The position numbers were made by a program, and so were the translations under genes. From a virus (Duplodnaviria; Caudoviricetes), in the IMG/VR virus record IMGVR_UViG_3300032227_000993: a stretch of 64,000 bases of DNA; one strand, written 5' to 3'. The notes under the pieces are model-generated. The model did no database searches. It saw only the letters and a program-made list of their open reading frames with translations, and was not told the origin of the DNA. This document shows, in pieces, positions 21,001 through 29,796 of the stretch; the first letter of the stretch is position 1; each line of letters starts with the position of its first letter.

Positions 21001-24000
21001 AGTTTTATAACATTGCGCTATACCAACTACGAAGACATGATTGTATTTGATAATACAAGTCAGTACAATGATTTAATTTATGATCCCAGCACCGGTGCTC
21101 GTCAAACACGATTGAGTTTTAATGCCTTTGTTACTACTGAGTGGGATGGTCAATTAAATGCCCAGGGCTTTATTACTAATTTAGACAATGTTAAACAATG
21201 GGAAACATATCAAAAGTACACCAAAGGCGACATTGTTCTATACAAAAATACCTACTGGCAGGCCTTGGACATTGTCCAGCCTTCTGAAGAATTTAACTAC
21301 AATTCGTGGACCAAGAGTGATTATCAATTAATCGACCGAGGATTATTGCCTAACTTGGCCAACAAAGCAGATCAGCTGGCCAACACATATTCTATCTACG
21401 ATATCAATTTAGCCAGTGACAATGATTTATTTGCGTTTGGATTAATTGGTTTCCGTCCACGCCAGTATATGTCAGATTTAAATCTGGACAGCGTGACACA
21501 GGTTCAACTGTACCAGCAATTTTTAGGTACCAAAGGAACAGTTCGTGCCGCAGAAATCTTCAGTCGAGCAGATCTTGGCAAAGAGTCTGGCGAATATCAA
21601 ATTTATGAAAATTGGGCTGTACTGGCTGGCACCTACGGGGCACAAGCCAATAAAAGTTTCTTTGAATTAAATCTAAATGAAGCGGATCTTAGATCTAATC
21701 CAAGTACAGTACAAATCATCAACCCAGGCGAAACAAGCCAAGCCGACCAGGCTATTTTGTTACAAAATATCTGGAGAGAAAGTTACAAAATCAACTCAAC
21801 TGATATTTTGCCTACTGTGTACGAAAGCGGCAACGGCTTCCCATCAGCTGGTTATGTTTCTCTTGATGATGTAGATATCACAGTATTTGATATTAAAAAT
21901 CCTGCAGCCATTGCCGCAGATATTGAAACTATTGGCATTGGAACCTACATCTGGATTGCCAAAATTAATCCCTACAACTGGGGCGTGTACCGCACAAACA
22001 AAGTACCAGGTCAACTGTCAGTAATAAGTGACAATTATGATGGCACAAGTATTGCGTTGTTTACCACGGCTCACGGATTAACCACCGGCGATACCATTGT
22101 TATTAGAGAATTTAATCTCAGTGTCAACGGTGTTTATCGTGTGTTATCTACTCCGTCAATCACCACAATCACCATCGCATTTGCTTTTGTCAATACAAAT
22201 CAAACATCTGTGTCTGGCACAGGAATAGTGTATGAATTACAAAGTGCTCGAGTAAGTCAAGCCAGTGATATTGCTACTTTGCCTTATGTCAATCGTTTGA
22301 TTCCTGGAGAAAAAGTCTGGGTAGATGACAACGGTGATGGCCTGTGGGAAGTGCTTGAAAAACAATCTCCGTTTACTCTCAGCAATACTCTTATCTCAGG
22401 ATTAACAGCCACAGCCAACTATGGACTCAGTGTAGCTCAAACAGTTGACAGCATTGCCGCCTTGGTAGGCGCTCCTGGAGCAGCCAGCGGCACTGGATTG
22501 GTGTACACTTATGTCCGCGATATCAACTTGGATTACATCTTTAATGGTGTAATAAGTTTAACTGCTACTGGCACCGCGGGCTTTGGTAACATTGTCTTTA
22601 TTGGAAATCAAAATTGGGCCGCAGTTGGAGCAAGTTTAAGTAACAGCGGCGCAGGGTATGTTGCTGTGATGTATCGTGTGAGTGGTAGCAGTGATTTTAC
22701 TATTACACAACTATTAGTGGCACCAGATTTGAATTTTTCTAACATTGGCTTTGGTGCTGCTGTTACAATCAGTGATGATGAGCGTTGGATGTACATAAGT
22801 GCCCCGTCAATCAATACTGTCTATGCCTACCAGCGGATTGAGGTACAAAGTCAAACCGCATCATACATTACCAACGGATTGACAAATACATTCAACTACA
22901 GCAATACCATTCAAATTGATCCAACAAATCCAAATCAATTAAGTGTTACACTTGGCCGTAGAACTTGTATTCTTGGCATTGACTACAACATTAACGATTC
23001 AGTTGTAATTTTTGAATATATTCCGGCCGCTGGACAATCATTGATTGTTTCACGCAACTTGACATCACAGCTTGATGCCACTACATATTATGACATTCAC
23101 CAAAATTCAACCAGCGGAATAGGTACTGGAGCAGTATTTGTAATATCTAATATACGTGGTACCTATTCTGTGGCATTAGATAATGGCGGAGTTGCTTATG
23201 CTGTTGGCAATACACTAACAATTAGCTACACACAAATTTCCCCCACAGGATCTGCTGCTAATAATTTAACAATCACCGTGACATCGGTTGATGGCGTTGG
23301 TGGCATTACTGAATTTACCTTTGCTGGTTCAGGAGTAGCAAATACATCTGTGTTTGCTCTTGATACAACATTGTACACTGCAACTACTATTGAAACATTC
23401 TCAATCGTGGTTAATCAAGAAATTCAACGTCCATACATTGATTATACATTCAATGAAACTACAACACAAGTTACTTTTATAACTGTTCCGCCTGCCGGAG
23501 CAACTATTATTGCCAATGCTGGATCATACTGGCAATATCTTGATACTGTCAACAACCCTGCTTCTACTGCTGGCGACAACTATGGCGCAAGTTTATCAAC
23601 ATCAACTGACGGTCGATTATTGGTTGTTGGAGCTCCGCAGGCAGAAGCCGATGGTATTATTGAAGCTGGACAGGTTTACACTTACGATCGTAGTGTAACT
23701 CGTTATCTTGTTACCGACGCTGCTCAACTAACCTATGCTATTCCAACACCTGTAACCCAACCTATTGCAGTAAGTGTAAATGGTACGTTCCTACTATCAA
23801 CCAACCAGGCTGTTGACGGACAATACAGCGTGAGCGGCAGTAATGTGTTGTTTACCAATATTACCCTTAATGTAGGCGACAACATTGAAATTGAAACAAA
23901 TCAATTTACGCTGTTGCAGAGTTTTAATTCAAGCACACCGTCTTACCAAGCAACATATGGAACAGCCGTTGATACGTGTCCACAGAATTGTAGTTTTTAT

Positions 24001-27000
24001 GTTGGCGCTCCGCTTGACAGTACCTATTTGGCGCAGTCAGGATCAGTTGATCATTTGGTCAATCAATCAAGAGTCTACGGAGTAACAACATCAACCATTG
24101 CTAATCCAGCATTGACCGGCGGAGATAATATTCGTATCAACGACATCGCTTTAAGAATTCCAGATGCTCCGTACAATAATGTTGAAGGTTTAGCAGCCGC
24201 TATTAATACAGCAGACATTCCAAATGTAATAGCCACAGCCACTTCAAATCTTGAATTTGTAGGCGACGGCATAACTACCGCCTATGACATCGGAACACTT
24301 TATTCCGCAGCAGCTTCATACACCACGGTAGTTTACATTTCAGATTCGTTGCAGGTTGAGGGAGTAGACTATTCGTATGATCCAGCAACACAAAAAATTT
24401 ATTTTGTAGTTGCTCCAACAGCAGGAACTTTGATTGTTATTGTGTCGGGTCGTATTACAATTTCCGTACAAAATCAAGCGGCAGCCAACCCGTCGGCCAT
24501 GCTCACTGTATTGCCGGGTAATATTGGCACAGCATTTGATGAGCTTGGATTTAATACCTTTGTATTCACACAACAAATTCTCAGCCCAGCACCTACTGTG
24601 TATGGCCTATTTGGATCATCACTTAGCATAGATTCAAGTGCTGTTAATTTAGTAGTTGGTTCACCAAACGGCAATGTTTACGAACCAATGATATTTGACA
24701 ATGGCAACACTTATTTTGATGATCGTAGCACCACATTCTACAATCCAATTCCTAATAGTGGAGTAGCCTACACATACGATTATTTCCCAAGCAGTAAAAA
24801 ATCAATCCTTACTCCGGGACAATTTGCTTTTGGCCAACAAATTTACAATACAAAGGAACAAACTGGCGATTCGTTTGCATTCTCAGTAAATTACACCACA
24901 GGCAGATTATTGGTTGGCGCATTAGGAGATATTAACAATACTGCCTATGGTTATTCTACAGTATTTAGAAACTACACCAACTCACCAGCCTGGGCACAAA
25001 TCCGTGTTCAACAGCCGGTGGTAAATGTTGATCAAATCAATAGTGTGTTTATGTACAATAGATTATTAAACAGCACACAAACCTACTTTGATTTTATTGA
25101 TCCGCTACAAGGCAAGATCCTTGGAGCCGCACGTCGCAACATTGACTACATTGGCGCTGTAGATCCTGCTCAATACAACACAGGCCCTGTACACAATAAC
25201 GGCAATCAGTGGGGAAGCGAACACATTGGAGAAATGTGGTGGGATACCGACACAGTAAGATTTATTGATCCAAACCAGGATGACATAGTGTATGCCAGTC
25301 GCAAATGGGCCTCGTCATTTCCTGGCAGCAGGGTAGACATCTATCAATGGATCAGTAGTGATGTTCCGCCGGCAAGTTACACTGGCGCAGGAACACCCTT
25401 GGGCAATGCAAGCTATACTGTAGGATCAGTATTGGGACAAAATAATGTATTCCAGACAATTTACTACTATTGGGTTCGTGGCCTTACTACCATTGCTGAA
25501 GGCTCTGGCAAAACACTAAGTTCATCTGGTATTTCAAGTTACATTCTTGATCCGCGCAATAGTGGCATACCATACATTGCTGCTCTCAACGCAAATACCA
25601 TAGCACTTTACAATGCCGCTCCGTATTTGTCAGCCGACACTTCTATTATTAGCATAGGTTTTGATCGTGTGCTTACAAGTGCCAATATTCATCAAGAATA
25701 CGAACTTATTGCTGATGGAATTGCTGATTCGTTCTTGAATACAAACTTGCATCGTAAATTCCTTGACAGTTTCTGCGGAGTCAATGCAGCAGGCGCTCTT
25801 GTGCCTGATCCAAACTTGCCCAAAGGCGAGCGGTACGGAGTTCAATTCCTTCCACGCCAGTCAATGTTTGTTGATAGATTTGCAGCCTTACAAAATTATC
25901 TTGGTCGAGCCAATACTATTCTCAAACAATTTCCTATTGTTGAAATGCGATCTTTCAGTTTACTCAATGCGGCTGAGCCTGTTCCGCAGTCAACAGTTAT
26001 TGTTGACGGAACCACAGTAACTGTTTGGAATTTGGAAGTTGCTAACCTTGAAATTTTAGCCTTCCAAAATTTAGCCGCAGTTCCTGTGGGCTACAAATAT
26101 CTTGTGTTGTCAGACAGCAGTCAAGATGGCCGCTGGACAATTTACACAGTTACTGAATCAAGAACATTGATGTTGTCTCGAGTTCAAAGTTATGACACTC
26201 CATTGTATTGGTATTACACTAACTGGTATTTGCCTGGCTACAACAGCAGTACAGCACCAAAAGCCGCAGTTCAGCTATTTGCTGATTTGGCATCATTAAG
26301 CTACACAGTAGTGCCAATAGGCGCCAGTGCTCGCGTCATCAATAACGGCGCTGGAAAATATGAAATTTATCTTCGCACAGGATTAAATCCAACAACAGAT
26401 TGGCAGCGAGTTGGCTTAGAAGACGGAACAATACAATTTAAAGAAGAATTATGGGATTATGCTCTTGGCGGCTTTGGATTTGATTCTGAAGTGTTTGATG
26501 CACAATACTTTGATGAAGAACCAGTTGTAGAAACACGCTACATACTTCGCGCTCTTAACGAAGAAATTTATGTAGACGAATTAGCCATTGAGCGTAATAA
26601 AGCACTCATGTTGATGTTTAATTTTGTGTATACAGAATTTACAAGCCCTGAATGGTTGACTAAAACCAGTTTAGTGGATGTCAATCACAAGATTCGTTCA
26701 TTGTTACCATACCAAACTTATCTACAAGATAATCAAAACTTTGTTCTTCAGTACTTTAACGAGGTCAAACCATATCACGTACAAGTACGCCAGTTCAATT
26801 TAATTTATTCTGGTGACGATACCTACCAAGGTGATGTAACCGATTATGATGTACCAGCCTTTTACAATCGTGATTTGGAAATTCCGCAATTTGTTAGCCC
26901 AATACTAACACCGTATGATTTGTCTCAAGTGTCTACACCCACCAACACTTTCAGCAATACTGAGCCAGACGCACAAATTTGGCTTGAAACTCCGTGGAAT

Positions 27001-29796
27001 GAATGGTTCAATAACTATTTGCTGAGTGTTCAAGGAGCCACAGTAGTCAGCGGCGGTGACGGATACACTATTGCTCCTATTGTTGAAGTAACTGGTAATT
27101 GTGTTGTTCCGGCTGTGATGACAGCAACAATCAATAGTGTTGGTCGTGTGATTGCTATTAATATTGTGTCTCCGGGATCAGGCTATTCATCTACTGCAAC
27201 TATTACAATCTCCGGCGGAAACTTGCCAGCTGATCCAACACCTTGGGCCGCTGGATTAAATGTATCATCATCAGCATACATTATTTCCTTATCAAACAGC
27301 ATATATGAAGTGGCCACCGGTGGTACTTTAGGAAATGTATCTCCAACTGGCACAGTTGATCAAGTCAACGGCAATGTTGCGCTGGTGTACATGGGAACAG
27401 TGGCAGTTGCTACAGCACAAATGGGTAACCCACTGGTGCGCTCAATTAAAACCACAATCAAGTATGACCGTTACCAATACAGTTCAACTATTGTTCCGTG
27501 GGTATCCGGCGACACATACGCTACAGGAACTCAAGTTCGTTATGACGCCAAAGTATGGGAAGCACTCACTACAGTTTCTAACACTATATTTGATCCAGAT
27601 CAGTGGGATTTAGTTAATGCATCCAGCCTCAGCGGCGCTGATCGTACCATGGGTATGTACGAGCCAACTCCTAATCAGCCTGGCTTGAGCTGGCCACTGT
27701 TGGTTGATGGAGTTGATTATCCAGGTGTACAAGTAGCCGGAGTAGCATTTGATTTAGATCCAGGATTTGATCGTGCTCCGTTTGATACCACTCCTTTTGA
27801 CAACAGCTTTACAGAACCAAGCGGTCGTGTTACATTTGACCCTGCTCTTCTTGACACGATCTACGCAAGTAATTACGCAGATACATTCTTAGGAACACGT
27901 CTATCTGATATCAATGTTGACGGTGGCGCATACGTAGATACCTATTCAAGTCACGCACCAGAAGAATTAGTTCCTGGAGCAATGTTTGATACCTTGGACA
28001 TTCGTGTTTACACCACCCCGGGTGCTGACTGGGCAGGAAACGGACATGGATTCCCAGCTGCCTCACAACGTTTTACCTACACAACAACAGCTCCTACTTA
28101 CAATTTTGCTGATATTTTACCCTATCCTGTTGTTATTGCTCTGACTAATCAAACTGCCAAAGCAGGACTAAATGAGGGTACAGATTACACCATTGATTGG
28201 GAAAATTTAACAGTTACAATTATTGACAATGTAGCCAATGGCTCTACTATCAGTATTACTGTTTATGAATTAGGCGGTGGAAATCAATTGTACAAGAACA
28301 TCTACAATGGCGCAGATGTTGGAGATACTATTGTGGTACCACTGCAGTTTGCTTCAATTTACGAATTTGCTATTTTTGTCAACGGCGTACAAACTACTGA
28401 CTTTGTGTTCACAGACAACACCACAGTAACATATGGCACAACATTGATTACATTTGGAACAACCTACACCAACGCTGATTTTATTTCGTTAGTAGCAATT
28501 GGACCCACTACCATTGATGGTGTTACCACAGATTATTCATGGAGTATTCCAGTAACACAATTAATTGAAGTTGATTTGATAGGACAGCTTACATTTGACT
28601 TGGACAATAGTTTAGATTACACAAATTCTGTTAATCCTGTAATTACGGTCAACGGAGTCCGTGCTGTCACTGCCGGCGGCATAGAATATGTAAGTGACGG
28701 AACAACTACGTCTTATCTAGTGGCCCAGCGTTTAGGATTTGATCAAATTGAGGTAACTGATTCAACAGTATTTGTTTATTGTGATAATATTTTACAAACT
28801 GCTGGCTATTTTGTTAACCCATCATCCGCTGGCGCCACTGTTCAATTCACCACAGTTCCTGCAGCTGGTGTTTTAATTTACATCGCTGTAACAACTAATG
28901 TACAAGCTGTAATAGATACTACCACAGCCACAGTATCATTTAATCCTACAGGCGGTTTGATTCCTAGCCTAGGTGATATCATTGCTGTAACTACATTTAA
29001 TGATGTTCGTGAACAGGGCTTGGCAACCAAAGTATTTGTTGGGCCAGTGAGTGACGGTGGAGTTATTTTAGTTGAAGGATACGACACTACATTATTTGAT
29101 GCGGCCACGGTCAATTTCACTCCTGGATCATACAACTATACTGTTGGTGTTGAGTCTTTGGAAAATGCCCTGTATTTAAATCGTCATATTACTGAAACAA
29201 ATCGTATTTTGGTAACATTAAATGGCCAAATTCTAACACCAGACATAAACTACACATTGTACAATGGCCCACTTGCTGATGACCCAGCCTATGGAACAGA
29301 ACTTATTTTAAATTCTGGCATATTGCAAGTAACTGATGTAGTGATGGTTACATTACTTACTGAATCTGTTGTGCCAGAAGCCATGGCATTCCGTATTTTC
29401 CAAGATATGCGTGGCGTACAGTTGACATATCGTATTACTCCATCAACAACTACTACAGTGGCGCAGGCAGTTTCACCTACTGATGACATTATCTATGTGG
29501 TCAATGCTAGTAACCTAAGCCAACCAAATTTTGCTGCTAACTTGTGGGGCGTGGTAACCATTGATGGCGAGCGTATTATGTATCGCGAGCGTGATACTAC
29601 AGCCAATACTATCAGCAGCCTGATCCGTGGCACAGCAGGTACAGGAGCGGATAGTCATGCAGTTGGTGCCAGTGCCTATGACATGGGTCGCGGCAACGCA
29701 TTACCAATGGAATATCAAGACCACATTGTAAGTACTACAATATTAGCTGACGGCACTGAAACAGTATTCGTTGCTCCCAACATAAATTTAGATTGA
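15028..29796 (+). CDS. Giant virion/baseplate wedge protein (4922 aa, gp7 position), multi-domain
   Basis: Uninterrupted 14.8-kb ORF right after gp6. Contains FG-GAP repeats, repeated beta-sandwich modules (V-x-V-x-V-NG...DY...P..G), GSGY-type repeats and [FY]D-x3 acidic-aromatic repeats. Confidence 0.75.
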   Translation: MIAKVRSVDFLPEIFQTPVNKQFLSATLDQLIQEPQFTTTQGYIGQKVGPGVQPADYYVVESTKQRTDYQLEPGVISVNPTDGKISDAITYPGILDALSTQGAYTDNATRLFSSEYYSWDPFVDFDKLVNYSQYYWLPGGPLAVDVSATDIPATDDITVTRENGVYTFSGYAGSNPTITLLRNGSYNFIVAQNDSVAVDFRVQNNGSRYWIIDFENNPTLTLTRGNTYTFNLSVDGFYPFYIKTQPTFGTTNVYNDGVVNNGAAEGLITFTVPQDAPDTLYYVNPAEFNLRGTMNIVDAQPGTGPGFWIQAAPGISGRLPWSPNISSRDVLGVLNNGTDLGTVTFNVPDALAQSFYTSMPYINYPTPGVGKVDLIVNDLLFNQINAISVDQFLKNNPNGIDGITNLNNRTLVFTTQTTDPDSGGWEIESGFDPLVRTTGQQVSKNIGFDVTGQPFDDLPYDTITTVITGVPDPQDGEIGSFDILPPNPTIPNPPAYSGFGGATPITDKEVQFSVWQIQYVNNADGVPFIQLNSILPVSDLTQFSISFGSEYVNTNWYKNSSGFFEQMPLLTATLDTVYYQDGTDPEIFGPINLIDGDVNASINILTDILGQKNYTSPNGVTFTNGLKVTFRGNVIPSSYQNETYYVYGVGSSITLTPVSVFITPEQSTQVISVGYDTTPYDSTGFDQSLNEPLVPNYMTINMASIDQNPWTRSNRWFHIDVIRQAAAYNQTAPLFINAQRARRPILEFRANTQLYNFGTEGIAPVNVIDFTETDALSNINGSTAYAVDGYQFQQDSLVVFAADTDPNVRNQVYQVNFIVVDPSTSTVPIIDLVPTSYSPVQANQNTVCLSGTTLKGVSYYYTGTEWIETQQKTKTNQPPLFDVYDAAGYSFGNTTQYPSTNFTGCKLFSYAEDTNNTVDPVLGIPLAFFSLNNIGDIEFSNNLYTDTFVYTPVSSGVTVDVSSGFVRQYSTRELYIREIGWQTAAIPSTQRQQFQFTYDGNPLQLDILVSSETIVTPIQIFINNEYQTPNTYAVTTNTTSNTTSIRLTGTGYVVGDIIEVLVLSDQTSAQAFYEVPINLENNPFNANSPFFTLGTIRGHYGTICENLIELRGPINGANNSRDLGDIVPYGTQIVQQSAPLTLAGYFLRSNEYNIFASIEYNSREYIKYKNKLLTTVANMDISTTMTVPEILDTALLQINASLTSSSPFYWSDMLPVGTNFTSNSTTITPISTQTFNTIQTYDFTSSNYLGLLVYLNGILLLRNTDYTVSVDAPKLTILVPLSVGDVVTIDEYPTTVGNWCPNTPTKMGLYSKYRPEIFLDETYTSPTLVIRGHDGSITVAFTDIRDEVLLEFEKRIYNNIKVDDNPIPLSTDQVTPNFFPAETTGLLPGFFRPTPYTFTEINTILSQSFLTWVGQNNLDYTQQDYQETDPFTYNYSQSGNRINEQLLLGNWRGIYRYFYDTETPNLTPWEMLGFSEMPAWWELRYGPAPYTSGNLVLWDDLRIGLVADPVAPYILSEYARPSLIMKGVISVAVINGGSGYTSPPVAVISAPPAGRDFIAAQLGTPVIQNGVIVSIPVINSGRGYETPPTISIIPAAGDTTGTGATITATIDTVVSILPVGSEGELLSPLESLIGFYDNLTFKKSWVAGDGGPVQASWWKSSSYPFAIMRMLALTKPAEFFALYADRDLYRYNTELGQFLYNDRYRLDANGVQVYGNGISKASYINWIVDYNRQLGINSTDTLTTALANLDVRLCYRIGGFSDPVYLAVYTERNGPGSTNNSLLIPPESYEILFYKNQPFDQLTYSALIIEQTQNENGVITYSVYGYSNMQPYFNVQVSSPVGLYETLEAGGLAVQVPIQYTQNVAQVPYGYSFTNAAGVCDFILGYGTYLESQGLIFDDRFNGYELNWKQMAKEFLYFAAQGWAPGTMINLNPVATTLKAVKPISIVDTIASLTPENMLLDQYRFVLEARNLVINRENNVFSITSTNGQTISFITLRYTNYEDMIVFDNTSQYNDLIYDPSTGARQTRLSFNAFVTTEWDGQLNAQGFITNLDNVKQWETYQKYTKGDIVLYKNTYWQALDIVQPSEEFNYNSWTKSDYQLIDRGLLPNLANKADQLANTYSIYDINLASDNDLFAFGLIGFRPRQYMSDLNLDSVTQVQLYQQFLGTKGTVRAAEIFSRADLGKESGEYQIYENWAVLAGTYGAQANKSFFELNLNEADLRSNPSTVQIINPGETSQADQAILLQNIWRESYKINSTDILPTVYESGNGFPSAGYVSLDDVDITVFDIKNPAAIAADIETIGIGTYIWIAKINPYNWGVYRTNKVPGQLSVISDNYDGTSIALFTTAHGLTTGDTIVIREFNLSVNGVYRVLSTPSITTITIAFAFVNTNQTSVSGTGIVYELQSARVSQASDIATLPYVNRLIPGEKVWVDDNGDGLWEVLEKQSPFTLSNTLISGLTATANYGLSVAQTVDSIAALVGAPGAASGTGLVYTYVRDINLDYIFNGVISLTATGTAGFGNIVFIGNQNWAAVGASLSNSGAGYVAVMYRVSGSSDFTITQLLVAPDLNFSNIGFGAAVTISDDERWMYISAPSINTVYAYQRIEVQSQTASYITNGLTNTFNYSNTIQIDPTNPNQLSVTLGRRTCILGIDYNINDSVVIFEYIPAAGQSLIVSRNLTSQLDATTYYDIHQNSTSGIGTGAVFVISNIRGTYSVALDNGGVAYAVGNTLTISYTQISPTGSAANNLTITVTSVDGVGGITEFTFAGSGVANTSVFALDTTLYTATTIETFSIVVNQEIQRPYIDYTFNETTTQVTFITVPPAGATIIANAGSYWQYLDTVNNPASTAGDNYGASLSTSTDGRLLVVGAPQAEADGIIEAGQVYTYDRSVTRYLVTDAAQLTYAIPTPVTQPIAVSVNGTFLLSTNQAVDGQYSVSGSNVLFTNITLNVGDNIEIETNQFTLLQSFNSSTPSYQATYGTAVDTCPQNCSFYVGAPLDSTYLAQSGSVDHLVNQSRVYGVTTSTIANPALTGGDNIRINDIALRIPDAPYNNVEGLAAAINTADIPNVIATATSNLEFVGDGITTAYDIGTLYSAAASYTTVVYISDSLQVEGVDYSYDPATQKIYFVVAPTAGTLIVIVSGRITISVQNQAAANPSAMLTVLPGNIGTAFDELGFNTFVFTQQILSPAPTVYGLFGSSLSIDSSAVNLVVGSPNGNVYEPMIFDNGNTYFDDRSTTFYNPIPNSGVAYTYDYFPSSKKSILTPGQFAFGQQIYNTKEQTGDSFAFSVNYTTGRLLVGALGDINNTAYGYSTVFRNYTNSPAWAQIRVQQPVVNVDQINSVFMYNRLLNSTQTYFDFIDPLQGKILGAARRNIDYIGAVDPAQYNTGPVHNNGNQWGSEHIGEMWWDTDTVRFIDPNQDDIVYASRKWASSFPGSRVDIYQWISSDVPPASYTGAGTPLGNASYTVGSVLGQNNVFQTIYYYWVRGLTTIAEGSGKTLSSSGISSYILDPRNSGIPYIAALNANTIALYNAAPYLSADTSIISIGFDRVLTSANIHQEYELIADGIADSFLNTNLHRKFLDSFCGVNAAGALVPDPNLPKGERYGVQFLPRQSMFVDRFAALQNYLGRANTILKQFPIVEMRSFSLLNAAEPVPQSTVIVDGTTVTVWNLEVANLEILAFQNLAAVPVGYKYLVLSDSSQDGRWTIYTVTESRTLMLSRVQSYDTPLYWYYTNWYLPGYNSSTAPKAAVQLFADLASLSYTVVPIGASARVINNGAGKYEIYLRTGLNPTTDWQRVGLEDGTIQFKEELWDYALGGFGFDSEVFDAQYFDEEPVVETRYILRALNEEIYVDELAIERNKALMLMFNFVYTEFTSPEWLTKTSLVDVNHKIRSLLPYQTYLQDNQNFVLQYFNEVKPYHVQVRQFNLIYSGDDTYQGDVTDYDVPAFYNRDLEIPQFVSPILTPYDLSQVSTPTNTFSNTEPDAQIWLETPWNEWFNNYLLSVQGATVVSGGDGYTIAPIVEVTGNCVVPAVMTATINSVGRVIAINIVSPGSGYSSTATITISGGNLPADPTPWAAGLNVSSSAYIISLSNSIYEVATGGTLGNVSPTGTVDQVNGNVALVYMGTVAVATAQMGNPLVRSIKTTIKYDRYQYSSTIVPWVSGDTYATGTQVRYDAKVWEALTTVSNTIFDPDQWDLVNASSLSGADRTMGMYEPTPNQPGLSWPLLVDGVDYPGVQVAGVAFDLDPGFDRAPFDTTPFDNSFTEPSGRVTFDPALLDTIYASNYADTFLGTRLSDINVDGGAYVDTYSSHAPEELVPGAMFDTLDIRVYTTPGADWAGNGHGFPAASQRFTYTTTAPTYNFADILPYPVVIALTNQTAKAGLNEGTDYTIDWENLTVTIIDNVANGSTISITVYELGGGNQLYKNIYNGADVGDTIVVPLQFASIYEFAIFVNGVQTTDFVFTDNTTVTYGTTLITFGTTYTNADFISLVAIGPTTIDGVTTDYSWSIPVTQLIEVDLIGQLTFDLDNSLDYTNSVNPVITVNGVRAVTAGGIEYVSDGTTTSYLVAQRLGFDQIEVTDSTVFVYCDNILQTAGYFVNPSSAGATVQFTTVPAAGVLIYIAVTTNVQAVIDTTTATVSFNPTGGLIPSLGDIIAVTTFNDVREQGLATKVFVGPVSDGGVILVEGYDTTLFDAATVNFTPGSYNYTVGVESLENALYLNRHITETNRILVTLNGQILTPDINYTLYNGPLADDPAYGTELILNSGILQVTDVVMVTLLTESVVPEAMAFRIFQDMRGVQLTYRITPSTTTTVAQAVSPTDDIIYVVNASNLSQPNFAANLWGVVTIDGERIMYRERDTTANTISSLIRGTAGTGADSHAVGASAYDMGRGNALPMEYQDHIVSTTILADGTETVFVAPNINLD
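22410..24970 (+). repeat. Seven FG-GAP-like repeats (integrin-alpha-type beta-propeller) inside the giant ORF
   Basis: YGLSVA..LVGAP, FGNIV..VGAS, FGAAV..ISAP, YGASL..VVGAP, YGTAV..VGAP, FGSSL..VVGSP, FAFSV..LVGAL. Boundaries approximate. Confidence 0.7.

Noticed and set aside
15028-29796. Intein, intron or homing endonuclease in the giant ORF
   Set aside because: No C/S...HN-[CST] splice ends, LAGLIDADG or HNH motifs recognised, and the frame is uninterrupted.
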